Shown one piece after another: positions 1-16,882 of a stretch of 64,000 nt of DNA. The notes under the pieces are model-generated. The model saw nothing but the letters and a program-made list of their open reading frames with translations. It searched no databases and was not told where the DNA came from. Position 1 is the stretch's first letter; each line of letters starts with the position of its first letter. Made by a program: the position numbers and the translations under genes. Origin of the DNA: Monocercomonoides exilis PA203 (taxonomy: Eukaryota; Protista; Preaxostyla); contig LSRY02000058.1 of the NCBI GenBank assembly GCA_001643675.2, positions 1-64,000 on the forward strand. Direction: 5' to 3'.

Positions 1-3000
1 TTTGTGTCTGTGTCTGTGTCTGTGTCTGTGTCTGTGTGCGAGTGAGAGGGCTAAGTGGAGGATGTGCTTGATGCTTGCTGGAGCGCCTGGAGTGTGAGGA
101 ACAATGGAAAGACGAGAATTCAAAGAAGACTTGCCCAAAAGACGAGAGGCGGTGGAAGAAAGAGAGGAGAAATGAGAAGAAGAAGAAGTTAAAGAAGAGG
201 AAGATAAACGAGAACGAAAAGAAACAGAAGAAGTTGAAGAAGAAGCAGAAGAAGATGATGAACCAGGAGGAGGCATCAGCTGAGGGTGAGGAATGTTCCT
301 CTGCTTCATTCTGTAGTAATAATTGGTCGATGGATGTGAAAGAGGCACAAGTGCTGTTGAATTCTCATGAAGAAGAAGATGATGATGAAGAGGAAGAAGA
401 GGAAGCAGAAGAGGAGGAGGAGGAAGAAGAAGAAGAAGAACGCAAAGATTTCGGAATGACCTGCATATTTCTGAGTGCGCCTTTTGGAGCTGACTTCTCT
501 TTGTCCTTCACTCGCTGCTGTTCAGCCACGTAATTCGCTCTCTGCTTTTCGAAATCTCTCAGCTCTGCCTCAAACGCAGCTGATATGCCGTCCAATTCAC
601 GATGGAGCTCAGGAATGAAGAGAGTGTTGATGTAATGGGCAACGAAACGGGGCTGGAGGAAAAGAGGAAGAGAAGAGAAATGGAAAAGGAGGAGGAGGAA
701 GAAGAGGAGGAGGAAGAAGAAGATGATGATGATGAATGATGTTGGTGATTTATTTGATTGGAATGTTCAGATGAAGTGGAAGATGATGTGACAGACGGAA
801 GAAGAGGAGAAGAAGCAAGCGATGCTGTTGGAATTCCAAAAGAAGAGGAAGAAGAGGAAGAGGAAGAAGGAGAGGAAGGAAAAGAGGAAGGAGAGAACGA
901 AGAAGAAGACATTGAAGGAGTGAGAGATGGAGAAGAAGGCGGAGAATATGTTGGAGTCAGAGGAGGAGTGGCAGAGCCAACAGAAACAGCACTTTTGTTA
1001 GCTTTTTCAGAACTGTCAGTTGCATTTTGATTGAATCGATTCGATTCCAATGTGTTTGTGACAGAAGGGAAGCATCTGCAGTATGTGGAGATGATCTGTG
1101 ACAGCGTCAGAATGGATGGATTTGTCTTTTTTGTGCTTTTATTCGCTTTTTTGTTGTTTTCTCTGAAACCTGCTTCATTGCTGACACGACTGATGTTGCT
1201 ATTCATCAGAGAATCAGATGAACTCACTCCATTTCCACTGAAAATTGTATTGTTCTGATTCAACATTGTCATCATCTTCTGTTTCTTCTCCATCTCCTTC
1301 TTTTCCTTCTTCTTCTGCTTCATCAACTCAGCCACTGAACTCTTTGATGGATCCACTGCACTGACACTGCTCAGAAATGCACGTGGCTGCAGAATCCTGT
1401 CTGTTGTCAGCCCAACAAGCGAATACCTCACAAAGGCCTCACACCACTGCGAAAACACAACCCCATTCGAAAGCAGCTGCGAATTCCGCATCTCCTTCCG
1501 CTGCTGCTGCCTCTTCTTTAGCAGATCCTTCCTTTCTTTTCTTTCTCTCCCCTCACACAGCTGATACACCCATCTTGGTGTGTCTTTGTTGTTTGTGATA
1601 ATCACATCATCTCCTTCTTCCTTCTCCATCAGTTCATCAACATCATCCACCTCTTGCTCAAACAATGTAGACAGCACTGTCTGTGCGAAGATGGCAGCGA
1701 CGACGTAGACACACCCCATAAACAGCGTGTGGAGCGACTGATTTGGCAGCAGCACGAGCGAATGCGCAGAAGACACACACAACACAAACAGCCTCCAGAT
1801 GGCAGTGAGCTCAGCACCAGACAAGCCGAGGGAGGCAGCCAGGACGAAGGCGCGAGAGGAGAAGAGGCGGGTCACTTTGAGCACAACAAAGTCGACAGAG
1901 TGGAAGACGAAGGCAGAATGAGAGGAGGAGGCGATGCTTTCGGCACGGCGAAGTAGAATAGAAACACTCTTGTCAATTGTGTTGGGGTTGGTGCTGGAAG
2001 GAGGAGAGGTTGTATGATTGGTGGAGTGTTTTGTGGAAGAAGAAGAAGATAATTACAATGATGGATTCTTGCGCGCTTCAGAAGGTAATATTATTATTCC
2101 AAAGCCCAGCGTTGGGAAATCCGGATTATTTGCCAATTCTCTGTAAGTGACATTTTCATGAGCCAACCATTCAATTCCTTTTGTTTTGTTCCACTCCAAA
2201 CACTTTGCAGCTGCTGGGAACATCCTCCGCACTTTTGGGATGTCATTACCAATTTGTGCAATCAGCGCCTTCTGTCTAAGCACAGCATATGTGCTGCTCT
2301 TCATCATCCGCTCGGCCTCTGCCTGCAACGCCTCCTTCTCCTCTTTCGCTTTCATCTCGCTCTTCCTCCTCTTCCTCTCTTCTTCTGCTTTCTCTGCTGC
2401 TCGCACTGCCCTCAGCTGCTTCAATCGTTCTTTCTTGCTTCTTCTCAACTCCATCAGTTCTCTCTCTTCTTCGTTGAATTCCATTTGATGCGCTTCTTCG
2501 TCTTCTTCATTGAATCAGCCAGATATGCTTCAATCAGACACAGCAGCTCTTCATCTGAGCGCTGAGAGAGAATGGCATAGATCGAAGTGGAGGGCGTTGG
2601 AAGACTTGAGGTGTGAGAGAGAACAAATGAAGAAGAAGAAGAAGAAGAAGAAGGCAAAATAGATTTAGTTGGCTGAGGAAGATTGCGAGAAGATGAAATG
2701 GTTGTGATTTCTGCTGATTTCTTTAACAGTATTTCAGACAGAGATTTGCTGAGTGAGTGGATGAAGCGGTTGTTTGGGGGCATGTCAGCATCAGAGTCAG
2801 AAGGAGAAGAAGGAGAAGAGGCAGCAGAAGGAAGAGAAGGGACAGAAGGGAGAGTGGAGATTGGGGAGATAGGCAAGATGGATGAGACAGGAGTAATAGA
2901 AGAGGAAGAGACAGAAGAAGAAGAAGGAAAAAGGAAGTTGAAGGAGAAATGGTAGAAGGTACAGAAGGAGTGAAGGAAGGAGTGAAAGAGACAGAATATG

Positions 3001-4270
3001 AAGATGAGAGCATTGGGCGAGAAGAAGAAACAGAAGCAGAAGCAGAATAAACAGCTGAATGCGCAGAGAGAAGCATGTTTCCTTCTTTCTTCACAGGCGA
3101 CGAAGGCGGAGTGAAGATTGAGTACAGCTGCTCTTCGTATTCCAACGGCGCTGGGATGTGCTCTTTGCAGAAGCCGGCTCGTCTGTCAGAGGCAGCAAGA
3201 GATCTTGTTCGGATGCTGCTTGAAGAAGGAGAGGAGAGAGAAGAGAGAGGAGAGAGAGAAGAAAAGGAGGAAAGGGATGAAAGAGAAGGAGAAGAAGAAT
3301 TAAGAGATAAAAGAGGAACTTGAGCAGACAGTGTTAGTTGAGATGGATGAGATGAGTGGGGAAGATGAGGAAGATATGTTGAATGGGAAGAGGAAAGAGG
3401 AAGAGAAACAGAGGGAGACAGAGAAGGAGATAAAGAAGCAGCATAACTGCCATTCTCACTCATATTCTCATTCACATTGAAACTTCCATTGCTATTGTCA
3501 TTGACACTTCCACTTTCATTCACACTTGCTGTGTCAATTGCATCTGCTGTTGCATTCCCAACAGAAGATTGTCTTTCCTCTTCCACCTCCATCTGCCCAT
3601 TACCCTCATTTGATGTCTCATTTGAAGCAGACTCATCAGAAGGTGGAAGCTCAAATCTAACAGTTGGAGTAAAACTGTTCATCTGCTGCTGCTGCTGTTG
3701 CTGTTGACTCATCTGCTGGTTCATCCTCATTTGCTGCTGCTGTTGTTGAAGTAGCTCTTTCTCCAGTTGCTCATTCTGAAGAGTGCGAAGATGGCGCAAC
3801 ACACGGCTCGACAGCAGGCGAAGGTTCGAATCCTTCTTGAGGCGCTTGATCTTCTTGGCAGAACTTAACTTCTGGAAGGAGGTGGAGTTGGACAAGGGAG
3901 AAAGAGAAGAAGGTGGAAGAGAAGAAGAAGATGATGATGAAGATGACGACGACGAAGAAGAAGAGGAGGAGGTAGAAGATGATGATAAAGAAGAGAAAGG
4001 AGAAGGTGAAATGGATGGTGATGGAGCAGATGAAGTGTGTGTTGAAAGAGGCGAGCGAGGAAGATTGGCTGTGCGCAGACGAGGATGAATACGAGAGTCT
4101 GCTGTTTTGTTCTTTGAGAGCTGAAATGAGTCTGGTCTGAGTGTTGGAGACAGCAAAGGAGGAGGAGAAGGAGGAGAAGCTGAAACTGAGGAAGAAGGAG
4201 AAGCAGCAGAAGCAGAAGAAGCAGAAGAAGCAGAAGAAGCAGAAGAAGCAGAAGAAGCAGAAAAAGAGGA
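1..4270 (-). CDS. Retinoblastoma-family pocket protein (Rb A and B boxes) with long Ser-rich insertions; multi-exon, 3' end runs off the window, start codon not identified, about 3 apparent frameshifts
   Basis: Ordered matches to Rb motifs by eye. A box: NRFIHSLSKSLSEILLKKSAE, IYAILSQRSDEELLCLIEAYLA, AAKCLEWNKTKGIEWLAH (cf. Rb KHLERCEHRIMESLAW). B box: VDFVVLKVTRLFSSRAFVLAASLGL..IWRLF..LLPNQSLHTLFMGCVYVVA, ILTLSQIISTY, AHYINTLFIPEL. A 63-nt GT-AG intron (about 1994-2056) removes the TAA at 2053; another acceptor lies near 654. Frame changes near 2930, 2510 and 370. Confidence 0.75.
3..38. repeat. (TGTGTC)n hexanucleotide microsatellite
   Basis: About 6 tandem units seen directly. Confidence 0.9.
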
Positions 4271-4649
4271 GGAAAATAAAGACGAAAATTATGATAACGA
4301 AGAGGGAGATAAGGAAGATAATTTAGTGGATGTGTTATTTGGAAAAGTGGCTTATGATTAATATGAGGAAGAAAACGATGAAGAGGAGGAATGTGAAATG
4401 GAACAATCTTTCGATAAATGGGGAGAAGTTTGAGATGATGATGAAAGCATTGAAGTCGTGCGACTGAACTTCATTCAAGCAAAAAAATGAAGCAATGTTC
4501 GCACATTCCTCTGATGTTGAAAACATACCACCGAAAAGGGAATAGGCGAGAATGGGAAGACGAATGAGATGAATGGAAGGACGAGAGGGGAAAGGAAAAA
4601 GATTTTTGAGAAAAAGCATTAGCAGCAGCAGAAGAAGAAGATGATGATG

Positions 4650-5100
4650 AAAAAGAAAAAGAAGAAGAAGAAGATGGTTGAGGAATACTACTGGAGGCGA
4701 TGTTGGTGGAATCTGTGTCATTTCCTGTGATTTTGGAATCAATCGCACTGAAGGTGAGTGCTTGAAGAGGAACAAATGTTGAGGTGAAGGGGTGAGGGAT
4801 GCTTCTTGGAGGAGGGAAATGAAGCCGTTGAGAGCATATTCGATGGCGGCACATGGGGTCTTTTGGGGTCTTCCACAGACATCAGCATCACTTCCACCAT
4901 TTGAGACTATTTTGTTCTGGGCAATGAGGGGGAGCCAGCCATTGAAAGTTTCATTGTCAGCAGTTCCTTGATTCTACACTCTTTTAGTTTGAGTTGTTGA
5001 ACCACAATTCTCAAATTGGGATTGGGTTATGCTGCTTCCACTGAAGAACACATCATTTCCTCTGCCATTTACAGAAGTGCTTCCAACGAAGAAGTTGATT
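4650..5100 (-). pseudogene. Fragment of a beta-helix/polymorphic surface-protein-like expanded family
   Basis: Translation GRGNDVFFSGSSITQSQFENCGSTTQTKRV*NQG...SNGGSDADVCG..(frameshift)PCAAIEYAL; contains a stop and frameshifts. Confidence 0.45.
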
Positions 5101-5655
5101 TTTTATTCATTCACCTTTTGAATATGCTAATTAGCTGGTGCGAATCAATTTTCAAATGGTTTTGCTCCTGTTTCTTTTCTCTTTGCTATGATTTCATTCA
5201 GAAAATATATTTCCTTCTGATTCTTCTGAACTCTATCGTCATGTTCTCTTTCTTCATCTTCATCCAACAAAAATTAAACTTCATTTCAAGTGAACTGTTA
5301 ATTCTCCAAAAATCTTTTTTAATTAAAAAATAAATTCATTTCTTCATTATTTAGTTAATTTGCTTTCATCTTTTTTTCTCCATCTTCAATGCACGCTGTG
5401 TCACGATAAATAGCTATCAATATACGATAAACATGAAAAATAAAATCCAAAAGTCAGATGAATAAATTTATAAATAAATTTTAAAAATCAATGAAGATAA
5501 GTTCAGAGTATATTCAAAGAAATAATAAGTCAAAATAGAGAATCAAAAAAAAGATAGATTGAATTAATAATAATGGAGAAAAAACCAATTAACCATGATG
5601 AAATAAAAAATAAAGTCAAAGAAATACTCATTAAAATAGAATCACTTACAGACAT

Positions 5656-6258
5656 ATTTCTGAAAGATGAATTATTATTCTTTCATTTTCACTGATATTC
5701 CATCTCGGGCTGACAAATTATTTATGAAAAAAATCGTATTGGTTGCTATTATTGCAGCTTTTTTAATAGAAATAAAATGAGAATATGGTTCAAACACATT
5801 AATTGCTTTGCGCTTTGCTCACAAAAATATCCACATGAAAATTAATGCATATTTATTTTTGACACAATAAAATACAAAAAATTATAAATACGTTCCATTT
5901 TCCTGAAAATATGTGAAATTAAAAATCTCGATCACAAAAGTGGTCACTAATTTTCTTCGGATTTTGCAACAAACAGACATTAAAAGATGTGGGAAGCTGT
6001 CTGCGTGGAAATCTGAGAAAAATTAGTGACCACTTTTGTGATCGCCAGTCATTTCAATTTTCAGTTTTATAATAGTTCCGATCGTTCAACGGATCAAATC
6101 TGATGAGAACCTTAATAAAAGTGTTTTTCTAAATGACTGGCGATCACAAAAGTGGTCACTAATTTTTTCTCAGATTTCCACGCAGACAGCTTCCCCACAT
6201 CTTTTAATGTCTGTTTGTTGCAAAATCCGAAGAAAAATTAGTGACCACTTTTGTGATC
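5656..6258 (+). repeat. Left TIR with nested palindrome (4 copies of GATCACAAAAGTGGTCACTAATTTT in alternating orientation)
   Basis: Reverse complement of 11473-12078; internal palindrome arms 5903-6054 and 6131-6285 around a 76-nt spacer. Confidence 0.95.
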
Positions 6259-7033
6259 GAGATTTTTAATTTTACATATTTTCAGAAAATATTAGCTTTT
6301 TGTTGTTTTATATGATTATTTTGATTGATTTGTTATGTTATCGTATTTTAAAGGAAATTATTTATTGTTGATATCTTTATTATTATTTGTCATATGCCTA
6401 AATACACTTTTTCGTGAACATATGGAAAAACTAACAATGTCAAGTGAGAGAAAAACGTTATAAAATATCAATCGTTCACCAATCAAAATGACATAAAAAA
6501 ACAAAAAGTTCTTCATGATTTCGATCATAAATAAAATTGAAAACTGTCAGAAAATTTCGAATCAGATTCATCAACTTTCAATAAAACATAATTCAATCAC
6601 ATAATCATAAAACTATCTCCAAATATCAACTAAATATCAACAATTTTGAACAATAAAAAATATAAGAAGAAATTGTACAATTTCAACAAATTCGTGGTAT
6701 CAACGACAATTCCAAACAAAAAAGAATACTTATATAAAAAGTTCAATAACTAACTTGTCTATTTTCCACCTGTTTTTTATCCACTCACCCCTTTCTGATA
6801 TTTCTCTCTCTTTGACTTAAAAAGATCAAATCCAACAAAGAAAAAAGACAGACACAATGATAAAACAACATTTCACACTCTCGTCAACTCTCCCTTCCAA
6901 AAACCTCACTCAAAGATCAATGAATTCCGTAATAACTCTCTCTTTTAATGAATCTCGATATATACAAATATAAGCGGCACAATAACCAATATAATTATAG
7001 TGACATTATAGGGACAAAAATCACAAGAAAACA

Positions 7034-7179
7034 ATCGGATTCTAACTGTTGTGCACCTGGGAGGCTGTTCGTCGTTTCCAGGTCCGGATAAAGCAGCCCG
7101 AAGGCTGCAATATCAAATACGAACAGTCATGTCCAGCACCCTTCCGATAGAGTGCCAGCTAAGCATACACAACAACTAG
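7034..7179 (-). ncRNA. Unassigned structured RNA element (multibranch, two predicted pseudoknots) immediately 3' of the transposase gene
   Basis: GC-rich island. Closing stem of up to 15 bp (7165-7179/7042-7056), 10-bp hairpin (7149-7158/7133-7142), GCAGCC-UUCG-GGCUGC hairpin (7093-7108), 8-bp helix (7119-7126/7065-7072) crossing a 6-bp helix (7078-7083/7055-7060), and loop AUCGGA complementary to tail UCCGAU (7034-7039). The wobbles are G-U only on the minus strand. Confidence 0.7.
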
Positions 7180-7183
7180 TTTC

Positions 7184-11160
<3,977 letters not shown>

Positions 11161-11472
11161 AATTGGGATTTTTTTGAATTTTTAATGGGAAAAAGCACAT
11201 GCAATTTCATTAATGACAAAGCGTCATTTTTGAGTGAAATTTTCAAATGCAAGTTTGTTGATTTCACAGATAAGAAAAAATGAAATGAAAAATCAATTAT
11301 TCAGAAATTTATTCAATAATTTTTATAAATGAAAAATTATTCCGAAATTTCATCATCAGCAACAACTCCAAAGTGCCAAAGTCAATGTGTGAAAAAGTTA
11401 TTAAACCATTGTCATTAAAAAATTAAAATAAAGAAAAACAATAAATTCAATTTTATTCATTTTCTTAATAAT

Positions 11473-12078
11473 GATCACAAAAGTAATCACTAATTTTTCT
11501 TCGGATTTTGCAACAAACAGACATTAAAAGATGTGGGGAAGCTGTCTGCGTGGAAATCTGAGAAAAAATTAGTGACCACTTTTGTGATCGCCAGTCATTT
11601 AGAAAAACACTTTTATTAAGGTTCTCATCAGATTTGATCCGTTGAACGATCGGAACTATTATAAAACTGAAAATTGAAATGACTGGCGATCACAAAAGTG
11701 GTCACTAATTTTTTCTCAGATTTCCACGCAGACAGCTTCCCCACATCTTTTAATGTCTGTTTGTTGCAAAATCCGAAGAAAAATTAGTGACCACTTTTGT
11801 GATCGAGATTTTTAATTTCACATATTTTCAGGAAAATGGAACGTATTTATAATTTTTTGTATTTTATTGTGTCAAAAATAAATATGCATTAATTTTCATG
11901 TGGATATTTTTGTGAGCAAAGCGCAAAGCAATTAATGTGTTTGAACCATATTCTCATTTTATTTCTATTAAAAAAGCTGCAATAATAGCAACCAATACGA
12001 TTTTTTTCATAAATAATTTGTCAGCCCGAGATGGAATATCAGTGAAAATGAAAGAATAATAATTCATCTTTCAGAAAT
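11473..12078 (-). repeat. Right TIR with the same nested palindrome
   Basis: Reverse complement of 5656-6258, apart from a few homopolymer-length and substitution differences. Confidence 0.95.
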
Positions 12079-15000
12079 GCATCTGAAACTGCATTTCTTT
12101 CATCGAATTTTTATATGGAGATTCATTGTGTTCAGTGACAGAACAACAATTTTGTTCACATTTCAATATATAGAACATTTGATGCTTATAACAGACGTCA
12201 AATATCAAATAGAATTTGAGTCTTCATGCTCTTATTCTTCTTAGTCATTTGAAATATAACTATTTCAATCATGCACCAGTTTGAAGCTTCAACATTTCAT
12301 TCATCCACAACGCTGATGCGATATAATATTCTTCTTTTGCATCACGAGGATTTCACTTTTTCCTGTTTGCTGAGATTTTCAAATATGACTTATTCCGATT
12401 GCACCACAACAATGCATTCTACTCCTGCTGAAAATGTCTTCAAATCCATTTTTTGCTCGTATAATTCTTCTTCTTCCTCTTCTTTCATATTCGTTTCCTT
12501 CGTCTTTATCGTAGTCGTCTTCTCTTCCTTTCAGTCTTCTTTTTCTCCACAAAATTCAGAATGTGTTCATTTTGTTAATATGTTTCATCGTCTTCCTCAT
12601 CCTCTTTGCCTTCCTATTCTTCGTCTCTCATCTTCATAAGCAATCACCTTATATGCTTGCTTTCTCAGCACAACGATTAAGCAACCTTTTCACATCATTC
12701 CGTTCGTCCGCTGTTTTCCGCAATCTTTATCTTCTCCTTCTCTTTCTTCTTCTTTTCGATATAATCAAAATTACCAACAAACTTCTTAAAGAAAATGATA
12801 AAAAGTCTTCTTTCACTTCTTCTTCTTCCTCTTCGTCTTCGTCTTCCTATTCTTCTTCTTCTTCTGTCTTCTTCTTCTTCTTCCTCTTCCAAATTTCTGG
12901 TTTTTTGATGAAAACAAACCTTCCTCCAATGCCTTCACGAAAAGAAAATGATGGAAAAGGTAATAACAGAAAGGAAGGAAGAAGAAGAAGAAAAGAAGAA
13001 GAAGAAGAGAATGCAAAGCATGTTGCAGCTCCGGAGAATTTCCACAACGAACTAACTCGAATGTTTGAGAAGACATCCACTAAGGAGAAAGACAAGCGGA
13101 AGATGAATGAAAAGATTCCCAGAGAATGAGCTGACTGTGGAGGCGAAGCGGGAGATTTAGGAAAAATGGATGATGGCTTTCTTTCAAGCAGAAGAGAGAG
13201 AGACGAAGGAGGTGAAGGAATATAAAATGCTTTGATTTCTGGTGGATTGTTATCTTCATAGGACAGCACGAGCAGAATGGGACCAAGCTTGTTAGCGATG
13301 GAAGTTGTAAAAAAAAAGCAGCAAATGCAGATGATACATATGGATCTTCCTCCTGGTCCAGTCACAAAACATATTTAGCTGAAGTTAGTTCAATTTTTGA
13401 GAACAAAAAATCCGAAATTGACAATATCTGCTAATTACAATTGCTGCTGAAGAAGAAGAAGAAAGAGAGGCAAAGGGTCGATAATTTGGGAAGAGAAGGA
13501 GAGGAAGGTGCGCTTGCAGTGCTTGTGGAGCAAAGGAGGTTTGATGGGAGCGATGTAGCAGATGCCGAAGAGAATAAAATAATCATCTTCCGATTCTCAC
13601 AACATGTACAGAATACTTTGTGTGCTTTTCGCGACAGCTTTCTGTGCGCTCCATCACCGAGGCCTTCGTCTGACCCTCAGTTCGCGATAGATTTATTTCG
13701 GAGGAAGCAGTAGAAGGAGTGGGCTCCTGAGATTCCTCAGGTTAACATCGAATGCTCACTGTTTGTTTCGTGTGTGGTGTAGGATGTGAAAATGAATCTG
13801 TTCTATGAACAGAATGAGAACTCGATTTGGAATGGCCGGTCGTCGGTAACGGATGAGAAATTTGAGGCGAATGACCCGCTCATCTTATTCACAGGCACCA
13901 TTGCGAAGATCTCTTGAAAGTGCCGCTTTCTGCGCTGCATGGACAGGCGCAATGGAAGAGAGTATGGAAGCTTCGTGTGGTTGGAATTTTGCGATAACAC
14001 GGACCAGATAGAGAAGAATGTGGTGGAAGCAGCAGAGAAGAGGGGAAATGGAAGCTTCAGTGGAATCTACCAGTCTGAGTTGGATTTTTTGTTGTCTGAT
14101 TCGAGCAGGGTAGAAACACAGGCGTAGAAGTTTATCATATAGCCAAAGAGGATTGCGAATGAAAAGCAGACTCAGTTCACGTCACAGAACAAGGAAACAG
14201 TCGAAGAGGCGAAGTTGGACGCGCCCAGTGCAGCAAGCTTTATGAGACTTGTAAATGAAAATGTCTATCTTTGGGGGAAATTAGCTATTAACATACAAGA
14301 TTGACAAGATTTTCAAAGAAGAAAGATTTTAGGAAAAAGATGAGAGCCAAAGGCTGCGGATGTTCTGAGCTCGACGAGAGAAAAAACAGAATTTCAAACG
14401 GATCAATGTTGGTGATGGAGAAGATTGGAATAAATGTTTGTGTTTTTTTTTCTTTTTATTTAACAAAGAAATATTATCAATTTATAATAAATTGCTTATT
14501 TTTATTTTTATTTCATATTCTTTTGAAAATTTTGAACAATTTGCTTTTATTTTTCTCTTTTTCTTGTGAACAGACATTCTTGACAGGGATTTGTGTGCTG
14601 ATTTCAACTGTCATTTTGTGAGTGTATGCATTGACAACCTGCATCGAAATGCCTGTCTGAACTGCCTCTGCATAATAATCATAGAGACGCCAAATCTTTC
14701 CACTCTGTTGTGACCTACACAAACAATCTCCATAAAACTCTATGCGAGAAACAATGAAGGCACAATTCCTCATTTTATAAGGTTTTCTGTATTATTCTAT
14801 CATTTGTTATTTTTTGCTTTTATTCCATTTCTTGTTTGCAAATTAATTTTTTTCAATATTTTATTTCAATTAATTCAATCTAATAATATTCTTACATATG
14901 AATCATCTCTCATTTAATCACTTTTTTTATCAGTTTCGATCGCGAAGCATGGACTGCGGATCTCTTCCAGGATAGCTTCTCAGAGTTTCTGCTGCCATTG

Positions 15001-15585
15001 GAAACAGAACAGAAAAAAAAGACTGAACAATGTGCCATTTCCACCGCACCATTTGCTTCAACAGATATTTCGGTGACGCTGATGACTGCCTCCTTTCCAC
15101 ACACGCTGGCTTTCTCTTTTCAGAGTCCACTTTAGATATCTTCTCTTCATCATCAATACCTTCTTCTTCTTCTTCCTTTTCTTTTGCGTCGTTCATTTCC
15201 CAGTCCCCCTTAATTGTATCGTCCTCTGATGATGATGCTGTTAGCATCAGGTGGGTATTGGAAGTTGCATCATTCTCATCTCTTCCTCCTCATTCTCTTA
15301 TTCTAATCCTTCTTCTTCTCTCTCCTCCTTCTCGACCTCCTTCCACTTTCAACGCTTTCTGCAAATTTCTTCTTTTGCTGGATAAGGATCTCTCCAAAAG
15401 AGAAGAAGAAGATGAAGGAGGAGAAATTGAGAGAGAAAGAAAGTGACAAAGATTAGAAATAGCATGTTTCAACTTTAATAATTTCTTATCGTATTATACA
15501 CACAAAAACTATTCTGTTGCTTCAACTGCATCTTCCTCTTCACCTTCAGCTTCCTTGTCTTCTTTGTCTTTATCAAATCAACATT

Positions 15586-16180
15586 CTATTGCACCTTCTT
15601 CAGAAAACCCATCGCGTTGCGTGTGCTCTTGCAGGGCATCTTTGATGGCCAGCAATACATTTCTTTGATGCCAAGATGATCATTCGCATATTCATTGTTA
15701 GCTGCATGCCCGTTGAGAATTATAAACAAATCGACATTCCAATCACCAAGTGCTTCTGTTTTATCATGCACAACAATCGAGTTGTCATTCTGAGTGATGT
15801 TTCCCATGAAAGTTACCAAGGGCTTTTTCACGGAAGCGACAAGGGATTCGCACACAAAATACACATCTCTTCCGACGCTGGCCTTGTTGGCTGAAAACAC
15901 GATATTGGTGATGGAAAAGGATGTGGATGACACTTCTGAATCATCCTTGAACTCGATCATGAGAGCACCGCCTCTTCCTCCAGAACTTGTATCCTCGCTC
16001 ACAGAGCAGGTGGAGAAATTTGTGTCCCTCACAGAAAACGTATTGTCAGAGGCAGATGAGGCGAATGAGATGCATCCGCCATCTGTGGCTGTCTGTTGGC
16101 TCAACTGTTCTGAGTTGATGTTGGTGATGGTGCAGTTGGCGAGGGAGAGGGAGAGGGCAGGGGAGTTGGCAATTAATGAA
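15586..16180 (-). pseudogene. Fragment of a GGA/FxxN (Pmp-like beta-helix) surface-protein family gene
   Basis: DGGCISF..FSTCSVS..GGRGGALMI..FSANKASVGRDVYFVC motifs; short, with no clear start. Confidence 0.55.
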
Positions 16181-16882
16181 GAAATGAAAGAAGAGAGAAG
16201 AAGAAACGAAGGATGAATGGAATGAATTCCATTGTATATAAAGGAGCGATAGAGGGCGTATGTTGAATGAGAAATACAAAGAAACAATAATGGAAAATTT
16301 TGGACGAAGAACAAAGAGGATGGAGAGAGAAGTCAATAAGTGATAAGATCAGGAGAAGAGAGAGAAATAGAAGAATTTGAATCAACTGTTGTTCTTAGTA
16401 ATATTTACTTTTCCACAATTCCATCCAGTTTCTGAATCACTAGACTGGAACGGATAATTTGTTATGTTGAAACATAATAAATAATAGATAACGAACAGTT
16501 CTCTTTTTTTGAATATCAAAAAAAATAATAAAAAATAAAAAAGAAAAAATTTATACATATTTTTGACTTTTCCAATATCTTTTCATTTTTATTTTCCAAT
16601 TATTAGTACTGTTTGGAAAGTTGAGAAACTTGACTTTTTCATTTTGAAGTTTTATTTATTCGTTTTTTGAAATTTTAAAAAAACTTGATCAAAAAATCCT
16701 TTTTCACGAAAAACATAAAAGAGGTGTGGTTTTTGCATATGAAAATAAAACAAATATTTATAACAGAAATAAAAGTTAAATACCTGCAAAAAATCAATTT
16801 TTCCCTATGATCAATAAATACCGTTATAAATTTAATTCTTTCGATTTTTGATCTTTTTTTATGATATCAAAAAAAATCACCC

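Noticed and set aside
2053-2055. In-frame TAA suggesting a TAA/TAG=Gln genetic code
   Set aside because: The TAA lies in a 63-nt GT-AG intron; other genes end at TAA/TAG and long ORFs are open in the standard code
6075-6135. CTGATGAG in the TIR spacer as a hammerhead ribozyme core
   Set aside because: No GAAA after the putative stem II and no stem I/III pairing found
7082-7092. GTCCGGATAAA shared between the structured RNA and the 17-bp TIR repeats at 54781-54885
   Set aside because: A single 11-bp match between unrelated elements is compatible with chance
7034-7179. SECIS element or Fanzor/TnpB omega-RNA
   Set aside because: AUGA is present but there is no opposing GA quartet or apical AA geometry; no TnpB/Fanzor RuvC ORF is visible and the RNA is about 780 bp from the TIR rather than at the element end
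12271-15472. Several short ORFs as intact genes
   Set aside because: Interrupted by stops, with no recognisable domain or consistent exon chain; probably decayed gene fragments
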